Part shown: positions 59,435 through 64,000 of the stretch, piece after piece | Layout: each line of letters opens with the position of its first letter | How positions within the stretch are numbered: position 1 is the first letter of the stretch | NCBI GenBank assembly: GCA_046313635.1 | Contig: JBKBYA010000006.1 | Location: forward strand, 96,001 to 160,000 | Length of the DNA stretch: 64,000 nt | Source: Pyrinomonadaceae bacterium | GTDB taxonomy: Bacteria; Acidobacteriota; Blastocatellia; Pyrinomonadales; Pyrinomonadaceae | Reading direction: 5' to 3' | Notes under the pieces: generated by a model | Told to the model about the DNA's origin: nothing | Database searches by the model: none | The model's input: only the letters and a program-made list of their open reading frames with translations | Made by a program: the position numbers and the translations under genes

Positions 59435-62380
59435 ATGACGAACGCCCTCACGGAGCCTCTCGACGAGATGGATGTGAAGTTTCAAAAACCGCTGATCGAA
59501 CAGCCCGACGCCTTTCGCACCTTTGTCGAAGAATTGCCGGTCATCTTTTACGCGGTCGAGCCGGCGCCGCCGTATTCGCCGATCTACGTCAGCCCGGCGT
59601 TTGCCGCCTTTGGGTATCCGCTCGAGATGTGGACAACCGACCCGGACGTCTGGCTGCGCGTCATTCATCCCGACGATCAGGAACGCGTCTTTGGCGAAAC
59701 GAGATCGTCGACGCTCTCCGGCAAGGAGGTCGAGTACGAATATCGCATCGTCGCCGCCGACGGCTCGATCCGGTGGGTGCACGATCGCGGGCACCTTGTA
59801 AAGGACTCGCGTGGGAATATCGTTCGGCGGCAGGGCGTCATCTTTGACATCACGCAGCAAAAGCTCGCCGACCTCGAGCTCGAAGAGAGCGAGACACGCT
59901 ACCGCGATCTTTTTGAAAAGGCCTCGGACCTGATCTACGTGATCGACCTCGACGGTCGATACGTCTCGATCAACGATGCTTGCGCAAGGGTCTTTGGCTA
60001 CACGCGAGAGGAGGCGCTCCAGCTTACCTGGCGGGACATTACCGCTCCCGACCAGCACGACGCGATCAGGCAGCGCATCCAAGAGAAGATCGCCGGACTT
60101 GCCAACGAGACGACGTACGAGGCCGACTGCATCACCAAGGATGGTCGCCGCGTCACGCTCGAGATCAACAGCGGACTGCTCTACAAAGACGGAGTTCCGG
60201 TCGGCATTCAGGGTGTCGCCCGCGACATCACCGAGCGCAAGCGCACCGAGGAGGCGCTCATACGCCGCGAGCGCGAGTACCGTGACCTCTTTGAGAACGC
60301 CAATGACCTGATATTCACCCAAGACCTGGAGGGCAACTTTACTTCGCTCAATCGGGCAGGCGAGCGGATCACGGGCTACAGCCGCGAAGAGGCCGTAAAG
60401 ATGAATATGTCGGAGGTCGTGGCGCCGGAGTTTCTCGAGGCGGCGCGAAAGATGGTCAAGAACAAGCTCGCGGGCGACGCGTCGGCGTCATACGAGCTCG
60501 AGATCATCGCAAAGGACGGCCGCCGCGTCTCGCTCGATCTCAGCACGCGTCTCATAGTCAAGGACGGCCGCCCTGTGGGCGTGCAGGGCATCGGCCGCGA
60601 CATCACCGAGAGAAAGCGTGCCGAGCGCGAGCTGCACGAGACTCTCTCGCTGCTCGCCTCGACCTTTGAATCCACGGCCGACGGCATCGTCGTCTTTGAC
60701 GAGCAGCTCCAGATCATCAGTTATAACCGCAAGTTCATCCAGATGTGGCAGGTGCCCGGCGAGATCCTCGCGACGCGCGACGGCCGGCAGCTGGCGGCAT
60801 ACGCCGTCTCGCTGCTCAAAGATCCCGAGGAGGGACTCGCGCAACTGCAAGAGTTGTTGGATGACCCGCTCGCTGTCGGAGAGCACATGTTGGAGCTGGC
60901 GGACGGCCGCGTGTTTGAAAGATACTCGCAGCCGCGCTTTCTGAAGGGCAAGCCGATGGGCCGCGTGTGCTGCTATCGCGACATCACGGAACGCAAACGC
61001 GCCGAGGAGATGCTGCGTCACCATGCGCTTCATGACACGCTGACGAGTCTGCCCAATCGGACCGAGTTCATGAAGCATCTCACTACCGCGGTCGAGAGGA
61101 CCAAGCGCAACCCGTCGGCGCGCTTTGCCGTGCTGTTTCTCGATCTCGATCGCTTTAAGGTCATCAACGACAGTCTCGGTCACGTCGTCGGCGACAAACT
61201 GCTCATCGCGATCGCCGAGCGGCTGCGGGCCTCGGTCAGGCCGGGCGACGTCATCGCGCGGCTCGGCGGCGACGAGTTTACGATCCTGCTCAATCGTACG
61301 GGCGACCCGGACGAGGTGGCCAAGGTGGCCGAGCGGCTGCTGTCCAAGATCTCCGAGCCCTTCAAGCTCGACAGTTACGAGGTCTTTACGTCCGCGAGCA
61401 TCGGCATCATCCTCTCCGACGATCTGCATCGCGACCCCGAGGACTTTCTTCGCGATGCCGACGCCGCGATGTACCGCGCAAAAGAGACCGGCAAGGCTCG
61501 CTACGAGATCTTTGACCGCGAAATGCACAAGCACAATCTCCACGCGCTGCAGCTCGAGCTCGACCTGCGTCGGGCCATCGAGCGTAACGAGTTTGAGATC
61601 CATTACCAGCCGATAGTGATGCTCGACTCGGGGCGCGTAAACGAATTTGAGGCGCTGATCCGCTGGCGTCACCCGCAGCGCGGCCTGATCCTCCCAGACC
61701 ACTTTATCCGTGTCGCCGAGGAGACGGGAATGATCATTCCGATCGGCGAATGGATACTTGAGAAGGCCTGCCGCCAAACGGCGGAATGGCAGAGGTCGTG
61801 TTCGACCCTGCTCTCGGTGAGCGTCAACCTCTCTGCAAAGCAGCTAATGCATCCGCACCTGACATCGGTGGTCAAACGGATACTCAACGACTCCGGACTC
61901 AGCCCGCGGCAGCTCAAACTCGAGGTCACCGAGAGCACCGTGATGGAGCACAGCGACAACTCGCATGACGTGCTCAACGAGCTGGCCGAGCTCGGCGTAC
62001 TGCTGTCGACCGATGACTTCGGCACGGGCTACTCGAGCCTCAGCTACCTTCATCGCTTCCCTTTCAGCCGTCTTAAGATCGACCGTTCTTTCGTATGCAA
62101 AATGGCCGACGACCGGAAGAGCGAGGCGATCGTCAAGTCGATCCTGATGCTCGGTCAAAACCTCAACATCGAGGTGGTCGCCGAGGGTATCGAGACCGAC
62201 ATTCAGCTCAGACTGCTGAGGGGACTCGGATGTGAGCTCGGCCAGGGCTATCGATTTTCGCCGGGGGTCGCTGCCGACGAGGTGCAGGGCATGCTGCAGG
62301 CGGCCTTTACGGTCGGCGGCGCGTCGAATGACGAGTTTGCCGACGTGTCTTCGCCGGTCGAGGTCGCCGAGGTCCAGTAA
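59435..62380 (+). CDS. Multi-PAS GGDEF-EAL diguanylate cyclase/phosphodiesterase
   Basis: Four PAS/PAC units ending DITE/QxK; DLDRFK.INDSLGH, RPGD I-site, GGDEF; EALIRW, DDFGTGYSSL. Confidence 0.95.
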   Translation: MTNALTEPLDEMDVKFQKPLIEQPDAFRTFVEELPVIFYAVEPAPPYSPIYVSPAFAAFGYPLEMWTTDPDVWLRVIHPDDQERVFGETRSSTLSGKEVEYEYRIVAADGSIRWVHDRGHLVKDSRGNIVRRQGVIFDITQQKLADLELEESETRYRDLFEKASDLIYVIDLDGRYVSINDACARVFGYTREEALQLTWRDITAPDQHDAIRQRIQEKIAGLANETTYEADCITKDGRRVTLEINSGLLYKDGVPVGIQGVARDITERKRTEEALIRREREYRDLFENANDLIFTQDLEGNFTSLNRAGERITGYSREEAVKMNMSEVVAPEFLEAARKMVKNKLAGDASASYELEIIAKDGRRVSLDLSTRLIVKDGRPVGVQGIGRDITERKRAERELHETLSLLASTFESTADGIVVFDEQLQIISYNRKFIQMWQVPGEILATRDGRQLAAYAVSLLKDPEEGLAQLQELLDDPLAVGEHMLELADGRVFERYSQPRFLKGKPMGRVCCYRDITERKRAEEMLRHHALHDTLTSLPNRTEFMKHLTTAVERTKRNPSARFAVLFLDLDRFKVINDSLGHVVGDKLLIAIAERLRASVRPGDVIARLGGDEFTILLNRTGDPDEVAKVAERLLSKISEPFKLDSYEVFTSASIGIILSDDLHRDPEDFLRDADAAMYRAKETGKARYEIFDREMHKHNLHALQLELDLRRAIERNEFEIHYQPIVMLDSGRVNEFEALIRWRHPQRGLILPDHFIRVAEETGMIIPIGEWILEKACRQTAEWQRSCSTLLSVSVNLSAKQLMHPHLTSVVKRILNDSGLSPRQLKLEVTESTVMEHSDNSHDVLNELAELGVLLSTDDFGTGYSSLSYLHRFPFSRLKIDRSFVCKMADDRKSEAIVKSILMLGQNLNIEVVAEGIETDIQLRLLRGLGCELGQGYRFSPGVAADEVQGMLQAAFTVGGASNDEFADVSSPVEVAEVQ

Positions 62381-62450
62381 CGAGAATTGAGGGCCGAAGC
62401 GGTGTCACCCGTCTCGGCCCACGCCGGCAAATGCTGAATGCTCCGTACGA

Positions 62451-64000
62451 CTACTTTGTCGTACGGGGCTTTGCGTTCTTAACGTACTTGTCAAACCAGC
62501 TGATCATCTCGTAGAGCGTGTGCTCGGTCGACTCCTTTGCGGCGTAACCGTGCGACTCGAGCGGCAGCATCACGAGACGGGCGGTGCCGCCGAGTCCGCT
62601 GATCGCGGCAAAGAGACGCTCGGACTGGATGGGGAAGGTGCCCTGATTGTTGTCGGCCTCGCCGTGAATGAGCAGGATCGGCTCGTTGATCTTGTTTGCG
62701 ACAAAGAACGGCGACACCTTGGCGTAGAGCTCCGGGGCCTCCCAGAAGCTTCGCCGCTCCGATTGAAAGCCGAAGGGCGTGAGCGTCCGGTTATACGCGC
62801 CGCTCCGCGCGATGCCGGCCCTGAACAGGTCGGAGTGCGCGAGCAAATTCGCCGTCATGAACGCTCCGTACGAGTGGCCGCCGACGCCCACGCGCTCGGG
62901 GTCGACGACGCCCATCTCGACGCCCTTGTCGATCGCGGCCTTTGCCGACGCGACGATCTGATCGACGAAGGTGTCATTCACCGTCAGCGGATCGCCGACG
63001 ACCGGCATCGTCGCGTCGTCGAGCACGGCGTAACCCTGCAGCAAAAAGAATAGATGCGAGATGCCGCCGATCTGTGTAAAGCGATTGGTCGAGCCAGAGA
63101 CCTGACCGGCCGTTGACGCGTCGGTGAACTCGAGCGGGTACGCCCAAACGACGGTCGGCAGCCGCGTCCCCTCTTTGTAATCCGGCGGCAGGTAGAGCGT
63201 GAACGAGAGATCGACGCCGTCCGGCCGCTTGTAGCGGACGAGCTGCTTCTTGATCCCGCGAAGCTGCGGCACCGGGTCTTTGAAATCGGTCAGCTGCCGA
63301 TACGCCATCGCGGTGCAGATCTTGCCCGGAGGGCAGACCTGTCGGAGAAAAAGGTTGGGCGGCTCGGTGATCGACTCTTTGCGGGTGATGAAGTTCATCC
63401 CTTCGTCGTCGATCATCCCGACGAAGGCCTCGTACTCCTCCGTGCCCGAGCGAAAGATCTCGCGCGTCTCGAGCGTCTTTAGATCCATCGCGCGGAAGAA
63501 CGGCCGGTCGCCCTGCGGCGAGGCTCCCTGCCCGGTCAGAAAGATCTCGTCGCCATTCTGCCGGATGACGCCGCCGCCGTTCGGCAAAACCTTTGTGACC
63601 GGTTGGCCGATGTCGTTGTAGCGGTCGTTGACGTTGAGATCGGCGACGAGCTTGACGTTCGCAGGGTTGCGATAGTCGGTCATAAAGACGCGCCGCCGCT
63701 GCGTGTCGCGGTTGTAATCCTGAAAGATCATCAGCCCGTCGCGCTCGCCGAACGATCGGCCCTGAAGACGCTGTTCGACCTTCAGCAGCTCGCGGCCCTC
63801 AGCGGCGAACGGCGCCGCGAGCGTGACGAGCCGGTCGCGCGGCGTCACCTTGTTTCGCGGGTCGCCCTTGTCGAGAGCCTCTGCCCAAACAAGCGTCGCC
63901 GGCTCGGTCGGTATCCACGCGATCGTACGCGGTCCGACCGGCACGCCCTGGATCGGCAAAGCGTCCTGCAGCGGCTGGCTCGAGATCACCTTGACGAGCT
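62451..64000 (-). CDS. S9 family serine peptidase (5' partial)
   Basis: GGHSYG nucleophile motif, GAYNRTLTPFGFQ, IHGEADNN, ESHGY; ORF continues past the window end. Confidence 0.92.
   Translation of the reverse strand, partial: LVKVISSQPLQDALPIQGVPVGPRTIAWIPTEPATLVWAEALDKGDPRNKVTPRDRLVTLAAPFAAEGRELLKVEQRLQGRSFGERDGLMIFQDYNRDTQRRRVFMTDYRNPANVKLVADLNVNDRYNDIGQPVTKVLPNGGGVIRQNGDEIFLTGQGASPQGDRPFFRAMDLKTLETREIFRSGTEEYEAFVGMIDDEGMNFITRKESITEPPNLFLRQVCPPGKICTAMAYRQLTDFKDPVPQLRGIKKQLVRYKRPDGVDLSFTLYLPPDYKEGTRLPTVVWAYPLEFTDASTAGQVSGSTNRFTQIGGISHLFFLLQGYAVLDDATMPVVGDPLTVNDTFVDQIVASAKAAIDKGVEMGVVDPERVGVGGHSYGAFMTANLLAHSDLFRAGIARSGAYNRTLTPFGFQSERRSFWEAPELYAKVSPFFVANKINEPILLIHGEADNNQGTFPIQSERLFAAISGLGGTARLVMLPLESHGYAAKESTEHTLYEMISWFDKYVKNAKPRTTK

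Noticed and set aside
62429..62443. AATGCTG/AATGCTC as another heptamer arm (also TTTCAATTTCTCAATT near 51056)
   Set aside because: Only two imperfect units; could be chance.

Overview
This GC-rich bacterial window is most consistent with Acidobacteria, probably Blastocatellia-like. That is inferred from gene content, not tested. Housekeeping content: an alternative complex III (actABCDEF[G])-SCO-caa3 type A2 oxidase supercluster (7.1-20.8 kb), a Lol-like lipoprotein cluster, purQ/purS/purB, a diaminopimelate/lysine operon (lysC, M20/dapE-like, dapB, dapA, dapD, aminotransferase, asd), secA, a PAS-GGDEF-EAL protein and peptidases. The unusual signal is a recurring 'hairpin-armed cassette' architecture. 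Small cargo genes each sit between inverted arms of short tandem repeats: two four-helix-bundle/IVP genes, one GxxExxY gene and one RAYT-type HUH transposase. In several cases the arms supply start or stop codons or an RBS. Cargo-less copies of the same arms occur between genes and in frame inside an acetyl-CoA synthetase-like gene (40460-43540). That gene carries three in-frame palindromic inserts, including an apparently complete RAYT transposase domain with no start or stop of its own, plus a ~500-nt segment with sharply different synonymous codon usage. A small MITE-like family, REP pairs and a deleted TonB remnant are also present. No rRNA, tRNA or CRISPR array was seen.
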